A stretch of DNA of 64,000 nucleotides from Podarcis gaigeae (taxonomy: Eukaryota), in assembly GCA_964106915.2 (NCBI GenBank), contig OZ066929.1; one strand, given 5' to 3'. The position numbers and the translations under genes were made by a program. Within the stretch, counting starts at the first letter, position 1. Each line of letters starts with the position of its first letter. Below are positions 50,526-62,503 of this stretch, piece after piece. Under the pieces are notes generated by a model that did no database searches, was not told the origin of the DNA, and saw only the letters and a program-made list of their open reading frames with translations.

Positions 50526-50621
50526 CGTGTCCTGTCCGCCGTGGTCGTGGCCTCCGTCGTGGGCTTGGCTGAGCTCTACGTGATGGTTCGGAATCTGGAA
50601 GGAGAACTGGGGGAGCCGTAG
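50526..50621 (+). CDS. TMEM199: TMEM199 exon 6 (terminal coding)
   Basis: [31 protein letters not shown] (TM2). Confidence 0.95.
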   Translation, partial: RVLSAVVVASVVGLAELYVMVRNLEGELGEP

Positions 50622-51273
50622 CCAAGGAGCCCTTCCTGGCTGGCCTTTCTCTCAGCCGGCTCTCTCCATCCTTGCTGCTCCCCACTTGTGGCCGGGGAGG
50701 TGGGGGGTCGGCCACCAGAGACCACCTGCAAATCCCAGTACAAACTACCAAGGAGGAACAGGACATTCTCAATGCAACTCCTTCCTCTTGCAGCTACAGA
50801 CAAGTGGGCTCCTTTTCCTTCCCCTGAGGTCTCTGTGCTGTGAAAAGCCTTTCCCCAACAGGCCTCCCTTTTCTCCGGCACAAGTAATCTGGTGTGTTTT
50901 CAGTAGTGTGGGGTTTTTTCCCTCCAGGCCCTGAAGCTGCAAAGGGTCCAGGACCAGGGGATAGCAACTTCGCACCAACAGGAGGAGATTTTTCCTTGTG
51001 TTTCTGTCACACCCGCATGCTGGAAGGTTGCTCTTTCCAAAGCGTTGGCTACCTGAGCTGGCAGTGCTAGAGAGGGTGCCCATAGCGGTTACTTTTGTTG
51101 CCCTTTGGCAAACACAAAGGGACACACCATTTTGCTGTTACACCAAGCCCGGCAAGCAACCGTGAACGGCCGCGTCCTACCCCTTACAGTTTGGAGATGC
51201 TTCCCCTCCCCTCCGCAAACCGCCATCCCCCGGGTGTTGTCTTAATGTATAGAAATCAACCTTTGTTGTGTGC

Positions 51274-51279
51274 AATAAA
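51274..51279 (+). terminator. probable TMEM199 polyA signal AATAAA
   Basis: AATAAA about 650 nt after the stop, with upstream TGTA. Confidence 0.65.
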
Positions 51280-51364
51280 CAGATCGGAATCTGTTGAAGC
51301 TGCAATTCAGGCAGTTCTCTAGTGGCAGGTGTGGGGAGGTTCTGAGGGAGAGGAAGGCTACATA

Positions 51365-51584
51365 CAGTGGTACCTCAGGTTAAGTATTTAATTCGTTCCG
51401 GAGGTCTGTTCTTAACCTGAAACTGTTCTTAACCTGAAGCACCACTTTAGCTAATGGGGCCTCCTGCTGCTGCCGCACTGCCGGAGCACAATTTCTGTTC
51501 TCATCCTGAAGTAAAGTTCTTAACCTGAGATACTATTTCTGGGTTAGCTGTAACCTGAAGCATCTGTAACCCGAGGTACCACTG
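51365..51584. mobile_element. same MITE family
   Basis: Same TIRs and internal sequence, TA TSD. Confidence 0.9.
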
Positions 51585-51673
51585 TATTCTCATTGATGAA
51601 GGGATTTTAGATGGAGGTACTCCTTGTCTTCCATTTGCTGTGTAATGGTGACCAATATATATATATATAGGAT

Positions 51674-52025
51674 GGGACACGGGTGGCGCTGTGGGTTAAA
51701 CCACAGAGCCTAGGACTTGCCGTTCTGAAGGTCGGCGGTTCGAATCCCTGCAACGGGGTGAGCTCCCATTGCTCGGTCCCTGCTCCTGCCAACCTAGCAG
51801 TTCAAAAGCATGTCAAAGTGCAAGTAGATGAATAGGTACCGCTCCAGCAGGAAGGTAAACGGTGTTTCCGTGCGCTGCTCTGGTTCGCCAGAAGTGGCTT
51901 AGTCATGCTGACCTCATGACCCGGAAGCTGTATGCTGGCTCCCTCGGCCAGTAAAGCGAGATGAGCATCGCAACCCCAGAGTTAGTCACAACTGGACCTA
52001 ATGGTCAGGGGTCCCTTTACCTTTA
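51674..52025 (+). mobile_element. Sauria SINE (Squam1/POM-type), full length
   Basis: tRNA-like head with A box (TGGCGCTGTGGG) and B box (GGTTCGAATCC); ends CCCTTTACCTTTA; inserted in a TA-rich tract. Confidence 0.88.
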
Positions 52026-52393
52026 TATAGATATAAGATAACAAACTGTGTTTTGAGGCTGGAGGTATGAGCTTCATCCCGTTTTAGATCCCTAGAAGCA
52101 AAATAATTGTATGCTTCACCTTCGTGGAAGATACAGGACAGAGGATGGAACCTGCTCCTGCAGGAGGCAAAGACGCCCATCAACTTGGATGGCTTTCAAT
52201 GGGGATTAGGCAAATTCAGAGGAGGCTCTCTTGATGGCTGTGCTCTTCAGAGGCAGTAATGCTTCCAAACACCATCTTGCTTGAGGGCATCCCATAATTG
52301 GCCACTGTGAAAACAGGATGCTGGACTAGATGGGACCCCTTTGGTCAGAACCAACAGACAATTCTTGCTTGTTTGTTTTGTTAAATTTCTATA

Positions 52394-52627
52394 CAGTGGT
52401 ACCTCGGGTTAAGAACTTAATTCGTTCTGGAGGTCTGTTCTTAACCTGAAACTGTTCTTAACCTGAAGCACCACTTTAGCTAATGGGGCCTCCTGCTGCT
52501 GCCGGAGCACGATTTCTGTTCTCATCCTGAAGCAAAGTTCTTAACCCGAGGTAATATTTCTGGGTTAGCAGAGTCTGTAACCTGAAGCGTCTGTAACCTG
52601 AAGCGTCTGTAACCCGAGGTACCACTG
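52394..52627. mobile_element. same MITE family
   Basis: Same TIRs and internal sequence, TA TSD. Confidence 0.9.
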
Positions 52628-53354
52628 TACTGCCCTTCATCCGAGGATCACAAGGCAGTTTGCAATATAAAAACACAGAAATGCATAGCATAGTAACAAA
52701 CCAAAACAGTAAACCTCCCTCAGATTGTTTTATTAGCCAGAGGCCTGAGAGAAGTCTTCACCTGGGGGCTGCAGTTGGGCGAGGGGGTTGTCAGGGATGA
52801 GGAGGTGATTAGCATGCCCTCTTGCCACCGCCTGGTTGCAGGCTGTGCTTGCAGAGGGTTCCAAGTTCAATCCCAGACAGCATTGCCAGGTACAGCCAGG
52901 TGAAATTTGAAATACTTTATTGTCACTTGTACAACTACACAAGCACCCCCCTCAGCTCTCTTAGTCTTAATTCCCCTCGTTTACTGACGCACACCCACCA
53001 AACCCAAAAGTCAGTTGCCCTGTTGTTATCTTTTCATTCGGCAGCCTAACAGCCCCCAGATAGAAGCTGTTCTTTACCCTGTTGGTGCAACTAATCATGC
53101 TTCTGTATCTTCTGCCTGAGGGCAGGAGATCAAGAATGTGCCGGCCAGGTTGTGAATCATCCCTGAGTATTGAACATATATTGTAGAAATATCTACAACC
53201 CTATGATAACTTCCTTCTCTACAAGCATCACTGTATGTGATTGCAACAGGTGGAGTCTACTCTCAAGTTCACAAGCCAGACTCTGCACCCCAAGGGCCTC
53301 CAAACAGGTAACAGGCTCAGTTTCAATAACAGCTGCTATGGGAAAGAATAGAAG

Positions 53355-53810
53355 AATTCTGGGCACCACAATTTAAGAAGGATGTTTGACAAGCTGAAAG
53401 GTGTGCAGAGGAGGGTGACCAAGATGATCCCGTGTCTGGAAACCAATCCTGATGAGGAGCGGTTGAAGGAGTTGGGGATATTTAGCCTGGAGAAGATGAG
53501 ACTGAGAGGAGATAGGAGAGCCAAATATCTCAAGAGCTGTCACATGGAGGATGGAGCAAGCTTGTTTTCTCCTTCTCTGGAGGGTAGGACTCGAACCCAT
53601 GTCTTCAAGTTACAAGAAAGAGTCCAGCTAAGAATACAAAAAAACTTTCTGACAGAGCTGCTCAACAGGAGGTTGTGGACTCTCTTTCTGTGGAGGTTTT
53701 TAAACAGAGGTCGGAAGGCCTTCTGTCCATAGGTGTGTTAGTTGAGATTTCTGCATTGCAGAGGGTTGGACTAATGACCCTTGGGTTCCCCCCAACTCTA
53801 CAGTTCTATG
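53355..53810 (+). mobile_element. CR1 LINE 3' fragment
   Basis: DKLKGVQRRVTKMI...EERLKELGIFSLEKMRLRGD; CR1 tail. Confidence 0.88.
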
Positions 53811-54293
53811 ACAACGCCCACCTTGGATAACAGTTGCTCAAAACCATTGTGTCCTTTATGCTCCTGGAGGCTTTAAGCGGCGGGTGCTGGTCAGAGGCCC
53901 CTCAGAAGCGTTGATTAATGTTCTGATGTCTGCTAAGCCCTAGCCAGAAACACACACTCCAATATTAATATTGCCGCTATGTGCCATTCCAGCTGGCTGG
54001 GCCCAGAAGGGGGCGGGCGGGGGGGGCACTATGGGAACCTAGACCTTTTCCCTGGGCCATCACTGGGATTAGGTGATGTCGTTCAATCATCCACGGATCC
54101 CCCTGGAGATTAAGGTATTTTTTTCCCCTGGGCAGATTAGGTGGCATTATCAAGCGATTGTGGGGTCTGAGCTCCCCCCGCTTCTCCATTTAAGGATATT
54201 GGATAGGCCTGTGGGGTAGAGAGCACCCCCCCAACCGAAATCAGAAATGAAAGTGATCAGGCTAAGCTTGTGAGGACATCACAAAACATCTCT

Positions 54294-54299
54294 TTTATT
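54294..54299 (-). terminator. probable SEBOX polyA signal
   Basis: AATAAA on the minus strand about 285 nt after the stop. Confidence 0.65.
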
Positions 54300-54583
54300 G
54301 GAGTTACAAGAGAGATTTGAGGGGAAGAGGAGAAAAGCCCGCAGATTAATGCGGCCAGGTGCATTTTTAAACGGGGAGGGAGGGTGCCCAGATACAATTG
54401 GACTTCCAACAGAGACAGCCCTCTCCCCTTCCCAGGAAGGGGCATGTTACACAAAGGAAGGATGGTTGACAGAGGAGGAGAAACGCGGCTCTAGCCTTCC
54501 CCTTTTGCCGCTTCCAGCTTCCAGCCTCCAAACATCTCTCACCCAGCGTCAGATATTCCTCGACGGTGCGCCCACGCAGGCGT

Positions 54584-54904
54584 CTAGAGGTCCCCGAAGT
54601 TGGCCACCAGGGCGGCGCTGTAGATGAGGTCCGAGATGCTCCCCAGGGAGGTGCGAGGCGGAGGAAAGGCGTCCCAGCGGCCCGACAGGGCGGTCCACGC
54701 CGCGGCCTCTTCCTCTTCTCGGACGGAGCTCCCCGGCCACCGAGGGGGCGCCGGCGCCTCCTCCCAGCCTAGGAAGACAGAGGCGCTGCCGGGCGGCGGC
54801 GTGGCGCTCAATCCCGGCTGCTCGTCGGGCTTGCTGCCAGCCTGAGCCCGGCGGGGCGCGGCGCTGCTCTTGATCCGGCGGGCGCGGCGGTTCTGGAACC
54901 AGAC
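54584..54904 (-). CDS. SEBOX: SEBOX exon 3
   Basis: [14 protein letters not shown]...[21 protein letters not shown]. Confidence 0.92.
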   Translation of the reverse strand, partial: VWFQNRRARRIKSSAAPRRAQAGSKPDEQPGLSATPPPGSASVFLGWEEAPAPPRWPGSSVREEEEAAAWTALSGRWDAFPPPRTSLGSISDLIYSAALVANFGDL

Positions 54905-54985
54905 CTGGGGGGAGAGGGAGCCGATGAGAGAAGGGGCATTGAGAGGCAGGGGCCCTCCCGAGGCGGAGGAGCCGTCGGGGCTCAC

Positions 54986-55155
54986 CTGGATCTTGGCCTC
55001 AGGCAGCTGCGTGAGCTCGGCCAGGCGCTCGCGCGTCCCGATGTCCGGGTAGGGCAGGGCGGCGAAGACGCGCTCCAGCTCGCTCAGCTGGCCCCGACTG
55101 AAGGTGGTCCGCTTCCTCTTCCTGGGGCCGCCGCCGCCTCCCTCCGTCCGGGGAC
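54986..55155 (-). CDS. SEBOX: SEBOX exon 2 (homeodomain residues up to IQ)
   Basis: [20 protein letters not shown]...EAKIQ; donor CAG|GTGAGC. Confidence 0.9.
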
Positions 55156-55280
55156 CTGGGGGTGCGAAAGAAGGCAGACGGGGCGGGCAGTGCTCGGGAG
55201 GGAGGAGGCGGCTTCTTCCTAGCCTCCCCCTCTCCAGGTCCCACCCCCATCCCCTCAGCACCCAGCGCCCCGCAACCCAC

Positions 55281-55380
55281 CTCCTCCGCCAGTCTGCTCC
55301 CCGCGCACTCCGTCCGTCCCGTCGGGGAAGAGAAAGGGCGGCGGCACCCGGAGGACGCGCGCCCGCTCCCTGCTGCCCAT
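55281..55380 (-). CDS. SEBOX: SEBOX exon 1
   Basis: Strong Kozak GCCACGATGG; 100 nt ending GAG|GTGGGT, phase 1 matches exon 2. Confidence 0.75.
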
Positions 55381-55419
55381 CGTGGCGGCGGCGGCTCCTG
55401 CGGCTGCTCAAGCTGGTCG

Positions 55420-55500
55420 TCTAGCTTTTATCCCTCGGAGACCGACCAGCGTCATTCCACCCCCACCCCTCGGGCGGGCTCACATCTGGGACCAGCCCCC
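55420..55500 (-). promoter_or_regulatory. SEBOX core promoter candidate
   Basis: TATA-like GATAAAAG about 45-50 nt upstream of the ATG, with an E-box CAGATG further upstream. Confidence 0.45.
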
Positions 55501-55809
55501 CCCCCCGCCACCTAACGCAGTTCGGGCACCTGGAGACGGGAGGGAGGCGCCCGTCGGGCGCGGGAGCTGTCCTTGGTACTGAAGTGCCCGCCTCGGGCAG
55601 CGCCTCTAGGGACCAGCCTGGAGTCCAGCCGAAGAGGTGCGCTTTCCTGGAGTCCAACTTCTCGGGCACACGCAGGAGGCCTGTCTTTAGAGAGGCAGTG
55701 TGGTGTAGTGGTTAGAACCAGGACCTGGGAAACCAGGTTCAAATAGCAGTCTGCCATGAAGCTCACGTTTATGGAGACAGATGAAAGGATAGCTTCTCTG
55801 GTCAAAGGC

Positions 55810-56625
55810 TGTTTTTTTCTCCCCCCATGGTAAATCTTTATTGGTTTAAAATACAGACGTAAATGATCATTTACAACCAAGGCAAGTATAGAAAAATTCA
55901 ATACAGAAGAAAAAGCATCACGACATAGGAGTAAGAAAAAAAGTGAAAAAGACGGAAAAGAAAGAAAAGACAAAGGAAAAAGAAAAAAACCCCAAAATTT
56001 ATACAAAATCATGTTCATCAAATAAAAATTTCTTCTTAAAACTTCCAATCATTCTCATTATGCTATTTCTATTATCATGGTTTTGTCGCACAGCTTTGTG
56101 TTATATCATATATTCCACTAAGGTATTCGTTTCATTCATTTTTGTTCACAAGTATCATTCAAGTTCTGCTAAGATGGTATCACTTGTACAATATAATCTT
56201 ATATATTCCTTAAATATTTTCCATTCTCCATATGTTTTCTGATTTAAAGCTCCCCTGACTTTACCCGTCAGTTTTGCTAGTTGGAAGTATTCTATCATAA
56301 GTGTCTGCCATTCTGTGTTTCGCTTTTCCAGTTTCTCGCTACGAGTATTCTTGCTGCCGTGATTGCATACATGAATGGTCTTATATTTTTTTTTTTAAAT
56401 TTCCATTGGCAATATTCCTAATAAAAAAACTCTGGTCTTTTTTTTGACGGTAAATTTGAATAGTTTCTTGAGTTCGTTGTAGATATTATTCCAGAAATCA
56501 TATATGATTGCACAGGTCCACCACAGATAGTATGACCCTATCTTCTTCTTACATCTCCAACATGTTGGTGACCTGCCTTTATACATTTTAGCAAGTTTTG
56601 ATGGGGTTTGGTGCCATCTGTATAA
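55810..56625 (-). mobile_element. L1-clade LINE 3' fragment
   Basis: ORF2 C-terminal Cys motif RWHQTPSKL..CWRC....WWTC..FW; AT-rich 3'UTR with AATAAA. Confidence 0.75.
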
Positions 56626-57311
56626 CCTCTGGTTAGAGGTTGTAGGTTCAATCCCCGTATGAGATGGCTGCATATTCCTACATTGCAGGGGGTTGGACTA
56701 GACGATCCAACTCTATGATTCTAAGTCTGCACAGCACAGAGTTAGACAGTGGAACTCCCTCCCACTGGAAGCAGTGATGGGCACCAACTTGGATGCTTTT
56801 AAAATAGGATTGGGCAAATTCATGGAGGAGGAGAAGGTTAGTGATGACTACCAGCCAGGATGGTTATGCTCTGCCTCCAGAGTCTGGTCCAGCGATGCTT
56901 CTGAATACCAGAGGGACCCTGTGCTCAGTTCCTGCCTGTGGGTTTTGCATTGGTTGCCCACTGTGAGAAGTGGATGCTGGACTAAGTGGGCCAGTGGCCT
57001 GATCCAGCAGGTTCTTCTGGTGTTATTATAAAAGCCAAATGCTTAACGTGCAGCTCTGGCCCCCATTCATTCGGTTACTCCAAGAGCTAAACCTGAGTTC
57101 AATACTCCATAGTTTGTGTGCATAGAATATGCCTGGCAGTGATCCCAGAAGCGTCTGCTTCAACAGCAAAGCCACGCTTACTTCCAAGGAAGTGTGCATA
57201 GGATTGCAGACTAAACCCTGTGTCATGTTCCCATTATATCTGATTGATCAGCCCCATAAAAAGCCCTTAATATTATGTACTATTAAAGTTGGAAGAGACA
57301 CTTCAGAGGCC

Positions 57312-57856
57312 ATAGAATCACAGAAATGTAGAGTCAGAGTTCCCTACTGAGGGTCATCAATCTAGTCCAACCCCCTGAGATGCAGGACTCTCAGCTAAAG
57401 CATCCATTGCAGAGGGCTACCCAACCTCTGCTAAAAATCACCCAAGGAAGGAGGGTCCACAACTTCCCAAGGGAGATGGTTCCACCGTCAAACAGCTCTT
57501 CCTGTCAGAAAGTTCCTCCTGATGTTATTTGTACTCTCCTTTCCTGCAACTTGAATCCATTGGCTCTGGTCCTCCCTTCCGGAACAGCAGATAACAAGCT
57601 TGCTCCCTCTTTCATGTGACAGCGCTTGAGATATTTGAAGGTGGCTCTCAGATCTCCTCTCAGCATGGGCGTAGCCAGGGAGGGGCAGCTGCCTCCCAAA
57701 ATCAAGAAAAATACCGTACATAGCTAACTGAGGTTCTGCCCCCCCACAAAGGCCTGTCCCCCTAACAAAAATCCTGGCTACGCCTATACCTCTCAGTCTC
57801 CTCTTGTCCAGGTGAAACATGCTCAACTCCCTCAATCGTTCCTCACAGGGAACCAT
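57312..57856 (-). mobile_element. CR1 LINE 3' fragment interrupted by a hAT MITE
   Basis: CEERLRELSMFHLDKRRLRG / LRGDLRATFKYLK split at the insertion. Confidence 0.85.
57664..57788. mobile_element. hAT-type MITE (125 bp) nested in CR1
   Basis: TIR core GGCGTAGCCAGG / CCTGGCTACGCC; 8-bp TSD CCTCTCAG at 57656-57663 and 57789-57796. Confidence 0.88.
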
Positions 57857-59234
57857 TCTTTATGATTCCAGTCCCATCTGCTGGAGTAACAGTGAAAGAG
57901 TCTGTCCCACTTCCTGCTCAACAATAGTATGGTGTAGTGGTTAGAGTGCTGCCTAGGGTTGCACCATACATTTAAAGCACCCTCCCGAATCTTGGGAACT
58001 GTAGATTAAGGGTGCTGGGAGTTGTAGCGCTGTGAGAGGGAAACTACAGTTCTCTGGATGGGGGGTTTGCTTTAAATGTACATCCCTAAGGACCAGAGAA
58101 AATTGGGCTTCAAATCCTCCAGTCAGTGGCTGGTTGGTGACCTGCGGCTGGTCTCCCTCTCTCAGCCTCACCTGCCTCACATGGGTTATTGCATGGATAA
58201 AACAGAGAGGGAGAGCCATGCCTGCCACCTTGAGCTTGGAGGAAAAGTGTAGAAATCAATAAAACCCTCTCTTCGTCAGGTGAAAGGTCTCTTTGAACCA
58301 GTCCTCATTGGACTCAAGGCTTTCCAGACACCCCCACATTCCCAAATTATCATCATCTTGATCACCCTAACTCTACGAAAGGGCTTGGCTACATTCTGGC
58401 CTGCTTCTTGATGACTGTGTGGGGCAGGCAGAACATCCGCCCCTCCCCTCCACCAGCCTAAGGCTCCAAAGAGAGACTGGTTCCCCCTCTCCCCTCCACT
58501 TGCTGGTCCCAAAGCTGACAAGGCATCCTTATTCCCAGTTCCCCATGTTTGAAACAGAGTCATTTCAGATTTAGGTGCTGAGAAATATTTGCCCTCCTCG
58601 CTCCAAAATTAGTGTTGGACCAACCCTGGGGAATATTTCCCAGTTTGAGGGCCAACCCTGGCCTTTAGACAGCCTTCCAAGGGCCACAGGCCAGGGGTGG
58701 GAGGAGCCAGAGGCAAAAGTAGGCGGGTAATGGAGGCACCCCACCCCTCTTTCAGCAGTAGTCTAGTTTCTACACTGCCTACCCTTGATTCTCCATCCAG
58801 GCAACCAAGAGGGGCGTGGCCAGTGCTGAAGGGGCGTGGTCTAGACAGAGGGTGGCTGGGAGGAGGCGTGGCCTTGGAGAGGGGGCGTGGCCTGGTGGTA
58901 ATTTCAAGGGCTGGATGGAAGGACCTGGAGGACTTGGGTTCCCTCACCTCATGCATCACACATCTCCAGGACCTGAGCAAAGTGTTGCTTTTGCACAATG
59001 CAATTCAACACATTGCAACCCCAGATCCTGACCATGGAGTTTTAAATAAACATTGAGTCACTGCCAAATGACACGTGTCCCCTGTGAGACAGTTTAGCAT
59101 CACCGTTCTTTGTTTTGGTCCCCAAACTACCAGGTGAAACAGGTTGTCCAAACTTGGGCTGCAAAGAACCCCCTCCCCACAGGCCTCTAGTCCCCAAAAA
59201 CAAGCAGGCGGGTCCGGTCTTTGGAACTCAGGGC

Positions 59235-59240
59235 TTTATT
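59235..59240 (-). terminator. VTN polyA signal (very short 3'UTR)
   Basis: AATAAA about 40 nt after TGA. Confidence 0.75.
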
Positions 59241-59279
59241 TGGCCACTGTCGACAATGTGGAGGCCTTTCGGGCTGGGC

Positions 59280-59395
59280 TCAGGCAAGATCCTCGTCGGA
59301 CGGGCACCCCAGCCAGTACTTGGAGATGGGGCGCGGGTACCTGGGGTAGACGAAATCCACACGTCGAGTGTTCAGGTTCAGGCGGTAGTACTTGT
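59280..59395 (-). CDS. VTN: VTN last exon
   Basis: KYYRLNLNTRRVDFVYPRYPRPISKYWLGCPSDEDLA*. Confidence 0.93.
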
Positions 59396-60215
59396 CTGAG
59401 AGGGAAGGAGGGAGGGAGTGCAGAAAGGGAGGAAGGAATCATGTTAATTTGGCTTCTCACTTCTCCAACCTTAAATTCAGCTCTCTGGATTTCTGCAGCA
59501 ATTTGAGGTTTTTAAAAAATATCCTCATCAAAGTTCACCAGGCACAGATCGCTTCTGTTTTGACCACATGCGCACCTTTTTTTCCTAACAGAAAGCATTT
59601 TTCGTTGGCATTTTTTCCACTTCCCTTTGAATAGTTATGCACACTGTCCCCTAATATATTCATTTCTGTACCCAACAGTTGGCTGGAGAACTGCAGCCCA
59701 AAATCTGGATGTAGGTGAATGCCGAAGGGCGACTGCATTTCAATAGTCTTTATTATAATTTTTGAAATGCTAAATTTGAGATTGCCTTACCCCAGCTATT
59801 CGATCAGTGGACCTATCAGTGTTGCAAGTGTCCCATAATCCTCATCATCGCTACCTGGAGATGCCACTGAGGATTGAGGCTGGGAAGTTCTGCATGCCAA
59901 GCACATGCTCTGCCACTGAGCTACTGTGGGATAACCAGCCTCACGTAACCAGCATTCTCAAGTCTAAGAAATGCATGACGGGGTTAAGACCATAGAGTAA
60001 GCTGTCCTGCCAGGCTTAGCTCATCTTGGGAGGGACTAGGTCATTAAACCTTTGTTCCCTAAGTCTACCAGAGAAGCTCAATGTGTGAGGTCTGAGTTGC
60101 AAACCGCATGACTCTTACAAGCCACTCTTGAGTTCCTATACCAATTCTAGAAACTTTTGCCACTTTGTACCTAAACCAAATTTTACTTGCCTGTGCATTT
60201 TTTTTCCTGCACGCT

Positions 60216-61161
60216 AAATGGAAAAGCACATGAATTGGTTCAAAATTGGGAAAGGTGTACGACAATGCTGTATATTGTCTCCCTGCTTATTTAACTTATA
60301 TGCAGAATTCATCATGCAAAAGGCTGGACTGGATGAATCCCAAGCCAGAATTAAGATTGCCAGAAGAAATATCAACAACCTCAGATATGCAGATGACACA
60401 ACCTTGAGGGCAGAAAGTGAGGAGGAATTAAAGAACCTTTTAATGAGGGTGAAAGAGGAGAGCGCAAAATATTGTCTGAAGCTCAACATAAAAAAAACTA
60501 AGATCATGGCCACTGGTCCCATCACCTCCTGACAAATAGAAGGGGAAGAAATGGAGGCAGTGAGAGATTTTACTTTTTTGGGTTCCATGATGACTGCAGA
60601 TGGTGACAGCAGTCACGAAATTAAAAGACGCCTGCTTCTTGGGAGAAAAGCGATGACAAACCTAGACAGCATCTTAAAAAGCAGAGACATCACCTTGCCA
60701 ACAAAGGTCCGTATAGTTAAAGCTATGGTTTTCCCAGTAGTGATGTATGGAAGTGAGAGCTGGACCATAAAGAAGACTGGTTGCCAAAGAATGGGTGCTT
60801 TTGAACTATGGTGCTGGAGGAGACTCTTGAGAATCCCATGGACTGCAAGAAGATCAGACCTCTCCATTCTGAAGGAAATCAGCCCTGGGTGCTCACTGGA
60901 AGGACAGATCCTGAAGCTGAGGCTCCAAGACTTTGGCCACCTCATGAGAAGAGAAGACTCCTTGGAAAAGACCCTGATGTTGGGAAAGATGGAGGACACA
61001 AGGAGAAGGGGACGACAGAGGACAAGATGGTTGGACAGTGTTCCCCAAGCTACCAGCATGAGTTTGACCAACTTGGGGGAGGCAGTGGAAGACAGGAGTG
61101 CCTGGTGTGCTCTGGTCCAGGGGGTCACGAAGAGTCAGACATGACTAAATGACAACAACAA
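60216..61161 (+). mobile_element. BovB LINE 3' fragment including RT motif (YADD), in VTN last intron
   Basis: GVRQ.CILSP.LFN, NNLRYADDTTL; one in-frame TGA at 60530-60532; same 3' end as the 2279 copy. Confidence 0.92.
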
Positions 61162-61391
61162 GTAAACCATTTTTAACTTGTGAACCCACAAGTTTTTAAA
61201 GTTCTAACTGCCTATGTTTCTAAGCTTTGCCTTGCTGCTTATTCTGCAATTTCAAAACTGGACTGGGGTTCTCTCCCTAAAATGTGCTTGCCCCAAACCT
61301 GGATCTTGGCATCCAGGCAGTTCTCTTTTTGTGTCTATTTCCCCCCCTCACCAGCAACAGCCACGGCCCTTCCTCCATGCCATGTACTTAC

Positions 61392-61682
61392 TGCCAACGA
61401 AGAAGTAGACACTCTGGAAGGGCTGGCACGGGGTGGTCCCGCCCAGCAGCCAGTCCAGGTCCGAGGACTCTGAGCTGGGTTCGCCTTGCCAGTCCCATGC
61501 ATTCCAGCGCCCCCAGCGCTGGCGCTGGCGGTACTTCCTGCGGTGCCGGCGTGATGACTTTCTTGCTGGGCGGTGCTGGGCAGGGCTCTGTGCCACGTAG
61601 ATCCGGCCGAGCATCACAGCGTCCAGGCCGCTGGGCACGCCTTTCCAGTCGCGGCTGATGAAACGCGCCCTGCTGGCCCCAC
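61392..61682 (-). CDS. VTN: VTN penultimate exon (heparin-binding region)
   Basis: FISRDWKGVPSGLDAVMLGRIYV...RKSSRRHRRKYRQRQR...PCQPFQSVYFFVG; 291 nt. Confidence 0.93.
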
Positions 61683-62503
61683 CTGGAAATGGGGGGAGGA
61701 GAAATCAGAAGAGCTGGGCAGCAGGCAAGGCCAGGCTTTCCTCAGGCCATCCCCATAGGCGAGGAGGGCACATGGGCAGAGGAGGGTGACCAAGTCAATC
61801 GTGAGACGGCAACCAAGCCTTACGAGGAAGGGTTAAGGCAGCTGGATATGTTTGGCCTGGGAAAAGGGAGACTTGTTGCCGCAGCAAGCTCCCTAGTTGA
61901 ACTGCACACTGAGCCAACAGTGTGTTGCAGCAGCAGAAAAGGCTCTTGCAATCCTAGGGAGCATCTGCAGAAGTCTAGCGTCCAGATCAAGGGAAGTGAT
62001 ATTACTGCTCTATTCTGCCTCGGTCAGATCCAGCTGGACTCCCATGTCCAGCTCTGCACACCCCAGTTTAAGGAGGATATTGTCAAGCTGGAATGTGCGC
62101 AGAGGAAATGGGGTCTTCTTCTGACTTTTGACTGAGCTGAGCCCCTTCCCTTAAAAAATATAGTAAGATTCCAGTCCTCATGGGATGGCTTCAACCGCTG
62201 GTTAAAATCGGAAGCTGCCCTATACCATCTTGCTCAGCGTTTTCAACACTGACTGGCAGCAGCTCTCTGGGGTTTCAGGTGAGGAGACCTTCCCAGCCCT
62301 ACCTGGGGATGCTGGAACCTTCTGCATGCCAAGCAGGTGCTTTGCCACTGAGCCACATCCCTCCCCAAAGGTATGAACATGGCAGGAGTCCCGTCCTCTC
62401 TTGCCCCCGGCCAGCTCAGCAGGGTGCGGCCCAGCTGTGGGTCCCTGCGGAAAGAGGGGCTCAGCCTGGACACCCCACACCCTCCCGCTGCTGCCCTACT
62501 CAC

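Larger units (their letters stand above)
44600..50621 (+). other. TMEM199: TMEM199 (VMA12 homolog, V-ATPase assembly factor) gene, complete, 6 exons, 195 aa
   Basis: Motifs [23 protein letters not shown]...EEY, two C-terminal TM helices, GLAELYV; all junctions in phase. Confidence 0.96.
54584..55380 (-). other. SEBOX: SEBOX paired-like (Q50) homeobox gene, 3 exons, 196 aa
   Basis: Homeodomain [39 protein letters not shown]|[17 protein letters not shown]-type C-terminal [10 protein letters not shown] motif, position between TMEM199 and VTN. Confidence 0.92.

Noticed and set aside
54584-55411. 275-aa single ORF as the SEBOX protein
   Set aside because: It reads through two introns from a non-ATG start; the spliced model with a strong Kozak ATG at 55380 restores an intact homeodomain
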